Shown here in pieces: positions 22,612-32,947 of a stretch of DNA of 51,421 nt (position 1 is its first letter; the number at the start of each line of letters is the position of its first letter). A model generated the notes under the pieces. It did no database searches and had not been told where the DNA came from. It saw only the letters and a program-made list of their open reading frames with translations. The position numbers and the translations under genes were made by a program. The DNA is from Candidatus Magasanikiibacteriota bacterium (lineage in GTDB: Bacteria; Patescibacteriota; Patescibacteriia; Magasanikbacterales; GWA2-37-8), in NCBI GenBank assembly GCA_023246655.1, contig JAHFHX010000007.1, forward strand, positions 1-51,421, in the 5' to 3' direction.

Positions 22612-23778
22612 ATGTGGGGAAAAAAAAAGATTGCACCAACAGCTCATCAACCAACCATGGCTATTCAAACGATGCCACGGGAGTTTTATGCTGGCGCTAA
22701 TCCGGTTGTTAAGTTCAAAACCGTCGAACAGGAAGTACTCATTCATCCCCCTCCTTCCGCTGTTCCAGCGCGCTCTCCTTCGGCATCACCACCACAAGCA
22801 CCATCAGGAATTAAAGCGTGGCTTGGGAACAGGCGACGATTATGGTGGGGAATAGCAGGGTTACTCATTATCTTTGTGGTTGGTGCTAGTTGGTATTATT
22901 GGCGACAAGCCACGCGGCTGCAGCCACCAGTTACGGTACAATTAGCTGAGCAAACCCCGCCGTCACCTGCTTCAGAAAATACCGTTCCGGTTATTCCCTC
23001 AACAACCCCCGAGGAAACGCCACCGCCTCTGGCCGCTACTTCTACCCAGGAAAAAATTGAATTTCCTTCGGTATTACTTGGTGATAGTGAGGATTCAGAT
23101 CATGATGGTCTTACTGAAGCTGAAGAAGAACTCTTTGGGACTGATCAGAGTGTACCCGATACTGACGCCGATCGGTATCCGGATGGCCATGAAGTGTATA
23201 ATTTGTACAATCCAGGCGGTAAAGAACCAGAAAAATTAATTGAATCCGGTCGAGTTAAAGATTGGGAAAATCCATTATATGGTTACCACATATATTATCC
23301 AGCGTCATGGGCAGTAGGAAACGTTGATCCTGATTATCGTACCGTATTATTTAGTGCTATTACTGGGGAGTATGTTGAAGTCCGGGTTGTCGATAAAGGC
23401 CCGTCATTTACCTTGGCCGATTGGCTCGCGGTGGAGGCACCCACAGAGCGACAGAGTGATTTAGTGAATTTCCAGAGTGTTTTTAAAGTGCCCGGAATGC
23501 GGCGAGCCGATTACCTCGTATACTATTTTGAAGATGAAAAACATTTGTATATTATATTGTATAATACAACTACCAGTCCCGTAGTAAATTATCGACTTAC
23601 TGTAAAAATGATGGCAAGAAGTTTTCGTCTTCCCGAAAGTACAAACCTTATACCACGGCGAGTCGATATCGAGAGCGCTCCAACCACGACTGAAGGTGCC
23701 CAGGTGGTAACGGCAACATCTTCCAATAAAGAAAGTGCTACTTCATCAGTAGTTAGTTCATCAACAGCGCCCTTATGA
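22612..23778 (+). CDS. Single-TM protein with TSP3-like repeats and a PsbP-like C-terminal region
   Basis: DSDHDGLTEAEE, DTDADRYPDGHE, YGYHIYYPASW. Confidence 0.8.
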   Translation: MWGKKKIAPTAHQPTMAIQTMPREFYAGANPVVKFKTVEQEVLIHPPPSAVPARSPSASPPQAPSGIKAWLGNRRRLWWGIAGLLIIFVVGASWYYWRQATRLQPPVTVQLAEQTPPSPASENTVPVIPSTTPEETPPPLAATSTQEKIEFPSVLLGDSEDSDHDGLTEAEEELFGTDQSVPDTDADRYPDGHEVYNLYNPGGKEPEKLIESGRVKDWENPLYGYHIYYPASWAVGNVDPDYRTVLFSAITGEYVEVRVVDKGPSFTLADWLAVEAPTERQSDLVNFQSVFKVPGMRRADYLVYYFEDEKHLYIILYNTTTSPVVNYRLTVKMMARSFRLPESTNLIPRRVDIESAPTTTEGAQVVTATSSNKESATSSVVSSSTAPL

Positions 23779-24221
23779 TTGAGGTCATGGTGAATCAAAC
23801 GGTGCGGACGAAGCTCCATTCTTCTTCCATTCGGAAGGCGGTAGAATTTATTGCTCGTCATGAGCCGCGCGTGCGTGGTGCCGTTGAGATACAGCTAATT
23901 GGAGAGCGTTACATGCAAAAACTCAATCATCGTTTCCGGGGTCAAAATCGAGTCACCGACGTCTTATCGTTTTCGTGGCGGGAGGATACACAGTGGCAGG
24001 GAAACCATCTTGGGCAGCTCTATCTTTGTCCAAAATATATTCAGCGGCAGGCGAAGCGTTTTGGGGTCACGCCAACCGAAGAATTTTTACGCACCTTAGT
24101 GCACGGATTGCTGCACTTAATTGGATACGACCATCAAACTGCACAAGAAGCACGACGGATGTTTTCTGTACAAGAACGATTAGTCGACCGGGCAGGAGTC
24201 CGTTACCGAATTCATATATGA
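23775..24221 (+). CDS. ybeY: rRNA maturation endoribonuclease YbeY
   Basis: TDVLSF and HGLLHLIGYDH motifs. Confidence 0.95.
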   Translation: MIEVMVNQTVRTKLHSSSIRKAVEFIARHEPRVRGAVEIQLIGERYMQKLNHRFRGQNRVTDVLSFSWREDTQWQGNHLGQLYLCPKYIQRQAKRFGVTPTEEFLRTLVHGLLHLIGYDHQTAQEARRMFSVQERLVDRAGVRYRIHI

Positions 24222-24583
24222 AATATTTTCGTCTTATTCAAAGTTTCCGTGATGCCATCCGAGGATTTCGGTTTGTATTTCGAACTGAGCAGAATTTTCG
24301 TATTCAAGTACTGGTGGCCATGGTGGCCTTGGGCGCGGTGATATTATTTCCCTTGCGCACAACGGAGCGAATTGTTATTGTATTGCTTATCACCATGGTT
24401 TTAACTATGGAACTCTTAAATACTGCTTTAGAATATTTTACCGATCTTCTTAAACCACGCCTTCATCAATATGTTGAAAGAATTAAAGATATTATGGCGG
24501 GAGCGGTCCTCTTGACATCGCTCGCGGCAGTGGTAGTGGGTCTCCTTATTTTTGTACCGTACTTTATTGATTTAGTAAAATAG
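24218..24583 (+). CDS. dgkA: Diacylglycerol/undecaprenol kinase family protein
   Basis: SFRDAIRG, EQNFR, ELLNTALE, KDIMAGAVL; ATGA overlap with ybeY. Confidence 0.9.
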   Translation: MKYFRLIQSFRDAIRGFRFVFRTEQNFRIQVLVAMVALGAVILFPLRTTERIVIVLLITMVLTMELLNTALEYFTDLLKPRLHQYVERIKDIMAGAVLLTSLAAVVVGLLIFVPYFIDLVK

Positions 24584-24613
24584 TGTATAATGAGTGAGGG
24601 TGAGAATTTATGT

Positions 24614-25879
24614 ATGAGTATGCGCAAGCGTCACGATCAATTAATTGCCGGGCTTGATATTGGTTCCTCGGCTATCAGAATGGCGGTGGGCCAGTTTATT
24701 GCTCGAGATGATGAACGAGAAGTGCTGCTCCAAATTCTAGGAGCCGCCGAGGCACCATCAAGCGGAATACACAAAGGAGTAATAACGAGTATTGAGGATG
24801 TAGTATCTTCTATTTCGGCGTGCTTAGAGAATGCTGAACGCATGGTAGGGGTCCCTGTTCAGAGCGCCTGGGTAGGAATTTCTGGTCTGCATATAATGTC
24901 GCAAACCAGTAAGGGGGTGGTAGCAGTTTCTAAAGCCGATAATGAAATTTCCGAAGAGGATGTTGAACGGGCAATTGAAGCCTCACGCGCGATTGCCACC
25001 CCACTCAATTATGAAGTGCTTCACGTGTTGCCCCGTAGTTTTGCCATTGATGGACAAGCTAATATTAAAGATCCCATTGGCATGACGGGAATTCGGTTAG
25101 AAGTGGATGCCAATATAATCCTTGGTTCGTCCTCCCAAATTAAGAATTTAACCAAAGCCGTGTATCGTACCGGCCTTTCAATTGAAGATTTAGTATTGTC
25201 AGTTTTGGCTACCGCTGAAGCCGTGGTTACTGATCGGCAAAAAGAGCTGGGTGTTATGGTGGTAAATATGGGCGTAGCAACCACCAGTATTGCTGTGTTT
25301 GAAGAGGGTGATTTATTGGCAACAACAATTTTACCCATTGGGTCAGAACATATCACTAATGATATTGCGATTGGTCTTAGAACGTCCATTGATTTAGCGG
25401 AAGCGGTAAAAATCAATCATGGTGATTGTCGCGCTGCAGAAATTTCCAAGCGAGAAGAAATTGATTTATTAGAGCTGGGATCGCCGGAACATGAATTGAT
25501 AAAAAAACAATACGTTAGCGAGATTATTAACGCTCGGGTTGAGGAAATTCTTCATAAAATTGATCAAGAACTTATTCGAATTAAACGGTCAGGATTATTA
25601 CCAGCCGGAGTAGTGTTAACCGGCGGTGGGGCTAAATTGCCAGGAATGGTAGAAATAGTTAAGCAGAAACTCAGGCTGCCAGCTCTGCTTGGGTACCCAT
25701 TGCATCTTACGAGTGTTACTGACAAAGTCAACGATCTAGCTTTCTCCACAGCCGTTGGGTTGGTACAATGGGGCAGTCATATGTTGGGGGAGGGAAGCGG
25801 ACATTCGCCTGGCCATTTCCAAAAGGTCAATGCTGCTTCCAATCAACTTAAACGATGGATTAAGGCCTTACTCCCTTAG
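24614..25879 (+). CDS. ftsA: Cell division protein FtsA
   Basis: GLDIGSS, DPIGMTGIRLE, HITNDIA, GVVLTGGGAKL; upstream of ftsZ. Confidence 0.96.
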   Translation: MSMRKRHDQLIAGLDIGSSAIRMAVGQFIARDDEREVLLQILGAAEAPSSGIHKGVITSIEDVVSSISACLENAERMVGVPVQSAWVGISGLHIMSQTSKGVVAVSKADNEISEEDVERAIEASRAIATPLNYEVLHVLPRSFAIDGQANIKDPIGMTGIRLEVDANIILGSSSQIKNLTKAVYRTGLSIEDLVLSVLATAEAVVTDRQKELGVMVVNMGVATTSIAVFEEGDLLATTILPIGSEHITNDIAIGLRTSIDLAEAVKINHGDCRAAEISKREEIDLLELGSPEHELIKKQYVSEIINARVEEILHKIDQELIRIKRSGLLPAGVVLTGGGAKLPGMVEIVKQKLRLPALLGYPLHLTSVTDKVNDLAFSTAVGLVQWGSHMLGEGSGHSPGHFQKVNAASNQLKRWIKALLP

Positions 25880-25902
25880 TGGATTTTTTGTGACCATGGC
25901 GA

Positions 25903-25947
25903 AAACGCAGAGTATGTTCTACATAAGATAGTAGAAACTCTGCGTTT
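25903..25947. terminator. Hairpin between ftsA and ftsZ
   Basis: aaacgcagagt...actctgcgttt followed by attttt. Confidence 0.55.
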
Positions 25948-26056
25948 ATTTTTTCAAGGCCAACGAACACTAAAAGTGTTCATTAAAACTGTACAGATAA
26001 TTGAGACTGTGTTACTCTAGAAATTAGCCTTTTCGTTATTTTTAAAATCATTGTGT

Positions 26057-27280
26057 ATGCCTCAAGTTAAACCTGACATCGAAGCCTTTGCAAAAATTAA
26101 AGTCGTTGGGGTGGGTGGCTCAGGGGGGTCTGGTATTACTCGCATGATGGCAGCCAAAATTCGCGGAGTAGATTTTGTCGCCATGAATACTGATGTACAA
26201 GCGCTGCACCACAATAGTGCCCCCCACAAATTACATATTGGAAAATCAGTCACTCGCGGTTTGGGTGCGGGAATGGACCCTGAGATTGGTCGTAAAGCTG
26301 CCGAAGAATCACAAAATGAAATCCGCGATATTTTAAAAGATGCGGACATGGTTTTTGTAACCTGTGGTCTGGGTGGCGGAACAGGAACGGGTGCCGCTCC
26401 CATTGTTGCTCAAGTTGCTAAAGAATTAGGGGCATTGACAGTGGCGGTTGTTACTAAACCCTTTGCCTTTGAAGGTGCCCAACGGGCCGCTCTTGCCGAG
26501 AAAGGATGGGAGCAGCTAGCTAAGAATGTTGATACCATTATAACTATTCCCAATGATCGTATTTTGCAGGTCATTGATAAAAAAACAACGCTCCTTGATG
26601 CTTTTCAGGTTGTTGACGATATTCTTCGTCAAGGTGTGCAAGGCATTTCTGAACTTATCACGATTCCTGGTCTTATTAATGTGGATTTTGCCGACGTCCG
26701 GACAATTATGCGTGATACTGGTTCAGCACTTATGGGTATTGGCACTGGCACTGGGGAAAACCGAGCCCAACAGGCCGCGAGCATGGCAATTTCCAGTCCG
26801 CTTCTGGAAATTTCCATTGATGGCGCTCAGGGTATTCTTTTTACCATTACGGGTGGACCAGATTTAACCATGCATGAAGTGGATGAGGCGGCTAAAATTA
26901 TTACCAGTTCCGCTGCCAAAGATGCTAAAGTAATTTTTGGAGCCATTATTGATGAGACTATGACGGGCAGTATGCGAATTACGGTGGTGGCAACCGGTTT
27001 TGACAGTCGTCGTCCGAGCCTCATGGTTGAGGAAGAAGCGCCCACGTCGACGTTCTTTTCTGGTGGCAAATATCAACCCAGCAATTTTTTACGTAAAACC
27101 CAACGAGAAGAGGAAGAAGAAGAAAAAAGATTCAAACATTTAACTCAACGCTCCTCTATGCCAGCTGCCAGTAGTACCACACCCTTTCACGATGATTTTA
27201 GAACCACGAAGTCAGCCCCCCCAGCAACTGATGAGGATTTAGAAATCCCCGCCTTTATTCGAAAGAAAATGGGAGGATGA
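26057..27280 (+). CDS. ftsZ: Cell division protein FtsZ
   Basis: [21 protein letters not shown]-terminal LEIPAFIRK. Confidence 0.98.
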   Translation: MPQVKPDIEAFAKIKVVGVGGSGGSGITRMMAAKIRGVDFVAMNTDVQALHHNSAPHKLHIGKSVTRGLGAGMDPEIGRKAAEESQNEIRDILKDADMVFVTCGLGGGTGTGAAPIVAQVAKELGALTVAVVTKPFAFEGAQRAALAEKGWEQLAKNVDTIITIPNDRILQVIDKKTTLLDAFQVVDDILRQGVQGISELITIPGLINVDFADVRTIMRDTGSALMGIGTGTGENRAQQAASMAISSPLLEISIDGAQGILFTITGGPDLTMHEVDEAAKIITSSAAKDAKVIFGAIIDETMTGSMRITVVATGFDSRRPSLMVEEEAPTSTFFSGGKYQPSNFLRKTQREEEEEEKRFKHLTQRSSMPAASSTTPFHDDFRTTKSAPPATDEDLEIPAFIRKKMGG

Positions 27281-27334
27281 GAGTTGCTAAAATCAAAGGG
27301 CATTATCGTTATTAGAAATTAGTGAACTTACAGT

Positions 27335-27787
27335 ATGCGTTGTCCGGTGTGCAATTTTAGTGATGTGAGTGTGGTGGATACGCGCTCCGCCGAAGATGAA
27401 TGGTCGGTACGCCGTCGCCGGGAGTGCGATAAATGCCACTATCGTTTTTCTACGGTAGAGGAAATAGAACTCCTTGATATAATTGTAGTAAAAGAAAATG
27501 GTGGACGTGAGAGTTATATGCGCGATAAAATAGAGAATGGTATTCGACGATCTCTTACCAAACGGCCTTTTACGCAGGATAAATTCCATCGTTTAATTCA
27601 CGCTATTGAACGTGATATTCAGAAGAAAAAGAAGCGAGAAATTGCCAGTAATGAAATTGGTGAATTAGTAATAAAACATCTGCAAACGTTTGATAAAGTT
27701 GCCTATATTCGATTTGCCAGTGTATATCGTGATTTTAAAGATGTAAAGACCTTTGAGAAAGAATTGAAAAAGTTAGCCAAAAAATAA
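27335..27787 (+). CDS. nrdR: Transcriptional repressor NrdR
   Basis: CPVC..VVDTR..RRRRECDKC..RFSTVE, ATP cone, DKVAYIRFASVY. Confidence 0.96.
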   Translation: MRCPVCNFSDVSVVDTRSAEDEWSVRRRRECDKCHYRFSTVEEIELLDIIVVKENGGRESYMRDKIENGIRRSLTKRPFTQDKFHRLIHAIERDIQKKKKREIASNEIGELVIKHLQTFDKVAYIRFASVYRDFKDVKTFEKELKKLAKK

Positions 27788-27816
27788 TTATAATAGGACT
27801 TTCGCGTTGGCGTCTG

Positions 27817-27921
27817 TTGTCATTCCGAGGAGGCTCACGCCGACGAGGAATCTCTGTCCCAATCAATATTCGCCAAATAACAAGTGAGACAGAGATCCCT
27901 CCTGTGACGTCGGGATGACAA
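27817..27921. repeat. GTCATCCCGAG-family palindromic element
   Basis: ttgtcattccgaggaggc...gaggaatctctgtc ... gacagagatccctc...gggatgacaa. Confidence 0.85.
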
Positions 27922-27977
27922 ATGAGGCCAAAAGCTTAAGTCCTAGTATAATTTATAACGGATCCGTTATAAATTTT

Positions 27978-28412
27978 ATGTTCAAGCACCCTGTTAACCC
28001 TCCAGCCGAAAATTCACTCTCCAGTGTTGCCTTAGAAGAAAAAAAAATGAATGTTCCCGAGCAGCCCAAACCCTCTCCGAATAAAGTGGATACCAGCCCA
28101 GCTGCATTACGCGATCTGTTGGAAAAAAATTTAAAATGGTCACAGATCATTTACGAACAAAATCGTAAATTAAATAACAAATTACTGTGGAGTGCAATTG
28201 CCGAATGGTTCCGAGTTCTCATTATTATCATTCCGCTCATCGCCGGTGTTATTTATTTACCAAAATTATTACGCCAGTTTCAGGCTACCTATGGTGGAAT
28301 GTTTAAAGCTGCTCAATCCGGAAAAATTTCTCCCGGGGCACTCGAGAATATCCTTAATATTTTACCACTGGATGGAGTGCAGCGAGATCAGTTGAAGACA
28401 ATCTTGAAATAA
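27978..28412 (+). CDS. Hypothetical membrane protein
   Basis: Coiled-coil-like segment then TM WFRVLIIIIPLIAGVIYLP. Confidence 0.7.
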   Translation: MFKHPVNPPAENSLSSVALEEKKMNVPEQPKPSPNKVDTSPAALRDLLEKNLKWSQIIYEQNRKLNNKLLWSAIAEWFRVLIIIIPLIAGVIYLPKLLRQFQATYGGMFKAAQSGKISPGALENILNILPLDGVQRDQLKTILK

Positions 28413-28427
28413 ACGCATAAGGGTCAA

Positions 28428-28524
28428 GGGATTCTTCGACTCCGGCTGCGAAGCCTTCGCTCAGAATGACAAACGGAGTTTACCCTGAGCGAGCGGAGCG
28501 AGTCGAATGGGTTCGGAATGACAA
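28428..28524. repeat. Degenerate or composite GTCAT-family element
   Basis: gattcttcgactcc...ctcagaatgacaa ... ccctgagcgagcggagcgagtcgaa...ggaatgacaa. Confidence 0.65.
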
Positions 28525-28549
28525 GTAAACATGTAAGCCCCCAATCCAT

Positions 28550-29989
28550 ATGTTTAAACACACCAAAATTGGCGCCACCATTGGCCCCGCTTGTCAGGAT
28601 GCTGCCACCCTTGAGGAAATGGTGAAAGCAGGACTGAATTTTGCCCGGTTGAATTTTGCGCATGGCACCTATGATACACATACCGAATTAATTAAAACTA
28701 TCCGAGCCGTTGAGACCAAAACCGGGAAGCCAATTCCTATTCTCCAAGATCTCCAAGGTCCGCGTATTAGAATTGGAACGATGCCAGATGCGGGTGTTGA
28801 GATTAAAACCGGTGCCACTGTGACGCTCGATACTGGGAAGCAAACCTATGATGGAGCGGAGCTCCCCGTGGATCATCCGGAATTGCATAAAGATTTAAAA
28901 CCCGGCGAGCGGATTTTAATTGATGATGGCCGGATTGAACTTAAAATTACCACGGTCAATGGCACTCAAATCGAGACCGAGGTAATTGAAGGCGGCGTGG
29001 TAAAATCCCACAAAGGCATTAACGCTCCCGATAGCTCCCTTCATATTCCGGCCTTAAGTGATAAAGATCGGGAAGACTTGCGGTTCGGGGTAAAAATGGG
29101 CGTGGATATGGTGGGAATGTCGTTTGTGAGTACCGCGAGCGATATCCTCGATATTAAATTTTTAATCAAACAGATTGCCGAAGAGGAGCAGATCAAGCTC
29201 GATCAACCAATTTTTATTATTGCTAAAATTGAGCGGCACGAGGCGGTGGAAAACCTCAAAGAAATTTTAGAAGTGGTGGATGGGATTATGGTAGCGCGGG
29301 GAGATTTGGGGCTCGAGATGCCCAAAGAAGAATTGCCCATGATGCAGAAAAAAATTATTGATGCCGCCAACCTTCATGCTAGGCCGGTAATTGTGGCTAC
29401 ACAACTTTTGGATTCCATGCAAACCAACCGTCGCCCCACCCGCGCGGAAGTCAGCGACGTGGCGAACGCGGTAATTGATCACACCGATGCACTACTTCTT
29501 ACCAACGAAACCGCGGCCGGTAACCACCCAACGCTGGTCGTTGAAACCATGAACGAAATTGTGGTGGCAACGGAGAAATCGCACTATGGCGATAAACCTT
29601 TACCAAGTGTCCACCCACAAGGAGTGTCTACCGAGGTTGCGATTACTGAACTTTCCCGGATGTTAGCCGAAGAAGTAAAAGCCAAGCTGATTCTAGCGGC
29701 ATCCTTAACCGGCGAAACCGGACGCCTCATTAGCCAAGTGCGACCGCATCGCCCCATTATGGTCGCTACGAGCGCAATAATAGTATGGCGGCAGTTAAAT
29801 CTTTCCTGGGGGATTCATCCGTTCATTATGTTGCCATGCCAATCACTTGAAGAGTTGGTAGAACGCGCCGTCAATTACATCAAACAGCACAAATTCGCCA
29901 AGACGGGGGATAAAATGATTATCGTCGCGGGGGAACCTGTGGGCCAGGCGGGGAATGTGAATTTAGTGGAGGTGAGAGAGATAAAGTAA
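28550..29989 (+). CDS. pyk: Pyruvate kinase
   Basis: TKIGATIGP, ARLNFAHG, DLQGPRIR, AKIE, MVARGDLG, PTRAEVSDVANA. Confidence 0.97.
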   Translation: MFKHTKIGATIGPACQDAATLEEMVKAGLNFARLNFAHGTYDTHTELIKTIRAVETKTGKPIPILQDLQGPRIRIGTMPDAGVEIKTGATVTLDTGKQTYDGAELPVDHPELHKDLKPGERILIDDGRIELKITTVNGTQIETEVIEGGVVKSHKGINAPDSSLHIPALSDKDREDLRFGVKMGVDMVGMSFVSTASDILDIKFLIKQIAEEEQIKLDQPIFIIAKIERHEAVENLKEILEVVDGIMVARGDLGLEMPKEELPMMQKKIIDAANLHARPVIVATQLLDSMQTNRRPTRAEVSDVANAVIDHTDALLLTNETAAGNHPTLVVETMNEIVVATEKSHYGDKPLPSVHPQGVSTEVAITELSRMLAEEVKAKLILAASLTGETGRLISQVRPHRPIMVATSAIIVWRQLNLSWGIHPFIMLPCQSLEELVERAVNYIKQHKFAKTGDKMIIVAGEPVGQAGNVNLVEVREIK

Positions 29990-30007
29990 ACGGGATTTCG
30001 TGAAATC

Positions 30008-31279
30008 CTAGTTAGGTAGCGGAAAATTCTTTGTAAATTCCCTTACTTCGTCGCGAATTTTTTTCAACTTTTCTGCATCTTGCCAATTTTGAATCGCCTC
30101 GTCAATCCACGTGGCGATTTTTTTCATTTCAGTTTCTTTCATACCTCTCGTTGTCAAAGCTGGTGTGCCCAGGCGAATGCCAGATGGGTCAAACGGCGTG
30201 CGTGGGTCATGGGGAATGGTGTTCTTATTGACGGTGATGCCGGCACTGCCGAGGGCTGCCTCGCCCTGTTTACCAGTGACACCTTTGCTCATTAAGTTGA
30301 TGAGGAGCAAATGCGACTCGGTGCCACCAGTTACTAATTCAAATCCTTTAGCTATCAGTTCATTAGCTAATACCGTGGCATTGGTTAACACCTGCCGGGC
30401 GTAGGCTTTAAATGCTGGTTGCAAAGCTTCTTTAAGCGCCACGGCAATGGCGGCGGTTTGGTGGTTATGCGGCCCACCCTGGATGCCAGGAATAATTGCT
30501 CGGTCAATAAGCGTGGGAATATTTTCTTTAGTACGCTCCACTTTTTTAAGTGGGTTAGACGGCTTGCCATTCGCGAGGATGATAGCACCACGCGGTCCAC
30601 GTAGCGTTTTGTGCGTAGTGGTGGTAACTACATCCGCAATACCAACCGGGTTAGGGTACACGCCACCCGCAATGAGACCAGCCACATGGCTCATGTCGGC
30701 GAGGAGGAATGCTCCAACTTCATCGGCAATTTCCTTGTACTTGGCCCACTCGTAGATGCGCGGATAAGCGCTCCCACCACCGATAATCATTTTTGGTTTA
30801 TGCTCATGCGCCAGGCGACGCATTTCATCAAGGTCAATATACCCATCCGGTCGGCAGCCATATTGAACACTTTTATAAATCGTTCCCGAGAAGTTGAGTT
30901 TAAGTCCGTGCGTCATGTGGCCCCCATGGGGAAGGCTAAGCCCCAGAACCGTATCACCCGGATCAAGCAATGCATAGTAAACCGCAAAATTCGCGGGGCA
31001 GCCAGAGTGCGGTTGCACGTTGGCATGGGTAGCACCAAACAATTCTTTTGCTCTATCACGCGCCAAATTTTCTACCGCATCAACATTTTCACAGCCGCCA
31101 TAATAGCGCATGCCCGGGTAGCCTTCGGAATATTTGTCTGTAAGGCGCGAGCCTAAAGCTTCCAGCACTGCCGGTGAGGTATGGTTTTCACTCGGAATCA
31201 TTTCCAAACCCTCACTTTGGCGCTCAATTTCTTTTTGGATGAGATTATAAATGTCAGGATCTTGTTGTTGAAGTTTCAT
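30008..31279 (-). CDS. glyA: Serine hydroxymethyltransferase
   Basis: IPSEN, KYSEGYPG.RYYGG, TTTHKTLRGPRG, GIRLGTPA. Confidence 0.98.
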   Translation of the reverse strand: MKLQQQDPDIYNLIQKEIERQSEGLEMIPSENHTSPAVLEALGSRLTDKYSEGYPGMRYYGGCENVDAVENLARDRAKELFGATHANVQPHSGCPANFAVYYALLDPGDTVLGLSLPHGGHMTHGLKLNFSGTIYKSVQYGCRPDGYIDLDEMRRLAHEHKPKMIIGGGSAYPRIYEWAKYKEIADEVGAFLLADMSHVAGLIAGGVYPNPVGIADVVTTTTHKTLRGPRGAIILANGKPSNPLKKVERTKENIPTLIDRAIIPGIQGGPHNHQTAAIAVALKEALQPAFKAYARQVLTNATVLANELIAKGFELVTGGTESHLLLINLMSKGVTGKQGEAALGSAGITVNKNTIPHDPRTPFDPSGIRLGTPALTTRGMKETEMKKIATWIDEAIQNWQDAEKLKKIRDEVREFTKNFPLPN

Positions 31280-31316
31280 AGGAAGAAAAAAATAAAAATA
31301 GAATATGAAACAAAAA

Positions 31317-31416
31317 TGTCATCCCGAGCGAGGCCTCGCGGCCGACGAGGGATCTCTGTCCGTTATTCGGTGAGCCAGAGATTCCTCACCCCTGCGACGG
31401 GGATTCGGAATGACAA
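31317..31416. repeat. GTCATCCCGAG-family palindromic element
   Basis: tgtcatcccgagcgaggc...gagggatctct ... agagattcctc...ggaatgacaa. Confidence 0.85.
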
Positions 31417-31552
31417 TGGGGGCAGTCCCGTTACTTAAACTCGAGCGATTCGTAAATCATAGGTTTTTCAAATGGTCATCAATGATTCATTGCCAGCGAC
31501 TGCTCTATATGTTACCATCCTAGCGTATTTTTAGCAATTGACTGTCTGACGC

Positions 31553-32542
31553 ATGAATAAAGATTTTGCTCTCATTGACGCCAATTTTGCCCGCGCGCGG
31601 GAGGGATTTAGAGTGCTTGATGAAAGTGCGCGGTTTGTATTGTGTGACCATAAAATTTTTGAAATTATCAAACAGTTACGTCACCGGTTAGTGGGAATAG
31701 AGGAGCGAATTGGCTTACATTTTCTTAGTGCTCAAGAGGGGAACGATGTTGGCGAAACAGTCATCGGTGAGAATAATCATCGTCGTTCCTCACTCTACGA
31801 TATTATCCGCGCTAATAGCCGGCGGGTTACCGAATCACTCCGCGTCCTTGAGGAAGTTTTAAAAATATATCGACCGGAGATAATTCGAGAATGTTCCACT
31901 ATGCGCTATCGCGTGTATGAAGCAGAAGCGGCACTGGCCCGGCAAACACCACACTATTATTTGCATCGCTATTGTGCGAGGGGTATTGTGTATCCATTGG
32001 CGGAAACGGTTGAGGAAATTATATGGTTGGTTACTCATGGCGCGCGCCTGGTGCAATTGCGGGATAAAACGAGTAATAAAATTGAGATTGAGACTAAGAT
32101 TCAACGGTTGTGTCGAGCAATCAGCGAGATCAATACATTACGAGAAGACAAAGTTTTACTTATCATCAATGATTATCCCGAGCTCGCGGCGAAGTATCCG
32201 GTCGCAGGGGTACATGTGGGCCAGGAGGATGGGAATATTAGTGCGGTTCGTCAACTAGTTGGCAGCAATAAAATTATTGGTCGATCAAACCATTCGCTAG
32301 CGCAGGTACGGCAATCGGTTGCCGCAGGGGCAGATTATATTAGTATTGGCCCAGTGTATGCCACCCCCACTAAAGCCGAGCGGCCCCCAGTGGGACTGGA
32401 ATTGGTGCGGCAGGTAGCCTTAGAGAGCAGTATCCCATGGCTCGCTATTGGGGGCATTGATGAAAAAACCATCCATGAGGTCCGGGCCGCAGGCGCCAAG
32501 AATGTAGCGGTAGTGCGCTCTGGCAGGAAATTTTTTAGTTAA
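31553..32542 (+). CDS. thiE: Thiamine-phosphate synthase with N-terminal ThiD2-like helical domain
   Basis: DANFARAREGFRVLDE; VQLRDK, IIND, GVHVGQED, GPVYATPTK, AIGGI. Confidence 0.9.
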   Translation: MNKDFALIDANFARAREGFRVLDESARFVLCDHKIFEIIKQLRHRLVGIEERIGLHFLSAQEGNDVGETVIGENNHRRSSLYDIIRANSRRVTESLRVLEEVLKIYRPEIIRECSTMRYRVYEAEAALARQTPHYYLHRYCARGIVYPLAETVEEIIWLVTHGARLVQLRDKTSNKIEIETKIQRLCRAISEINTLREDKVLLIINDYPELAAKYPVAGVHVGQEDGNISAVRQLVGSNKIIGRSNHSLAQVRQSVAAGADYISIGPVYATPTKAERPPVGLELVRQVALESSIPWLAIGGIDEKTIHEVRAAGAKNVAVVRSGRKFFS

Positions 32543-32568
32543 GTATTTTGAATTTACGAAACGTTTCA

Positions 32569-32674
32569 ATTCCCCGCTTGGGCGGGGACGGCCGCAGCCG
32601 GGGGTGGGTGAGACCAAAGCGTCGGCAATTGGCGCAATTGTCTTACCCACCCCTACCCCGCCCAAGCGGGGAAT
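32569..32674. repeat. TCCCC...GGGGA double-hairpin palindromic element
   Basis: attccccgcttgggcgggg ... ccccgcccaagcggggaat terminal inverted repeats. Confidence 0.85.
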
Positions 32675-32823
32675 ACAGCGAATCGACCATTTCGCAATTC
32701 AAACTCAGTAAGAATAAGCCTTAATCTTCGTCTTCTATAAAGTGAAGGTTTCCAAGCTATTTGTTAGCCAAATTCACGAATAGTGGTAATTTATTTTTCC
32801 TGTCCGTCGTTGGTTGATTGAGA

Positions 32824-32864
32824 CAGAGATTCCTCACCCCTGCGACGGGGATTCGGAATGACAA
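32824..32864. repeat. Half copy of the GTCAT-family element
   Basis: 41 bp identical to 31376-31416. Confidence 0.85.
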
Positions 32865-32918
32865 GTGTTTTTTGGCTAAAATTAGCAATTATTATACTTC
32901 TATCAAACCAATTAGACC

Positions 32919-32947
32919 TTGACAAAAGCTAGGTTTTGTGGTATACT
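32919..32947 (+). promoter_or_regulatory. Sigma70 promoter upstream of GC-rich ORF
   Basis: TTGACA-17-TATACT with TG extension. Confidence 0.75.

Noticed and set aside
23975-24217. N-terminal extension of dgkA in the ORF track
   Set aside because: Overlaps ybeY; ATG 24218 gives normal length and ATGA coupling
31419-31504. Stem gggcagtc/gactgctc between glyA and thiE as a riboswitch
   Set aside because: Could not match ZTP, glycine, THF or TPP consensus on either strand
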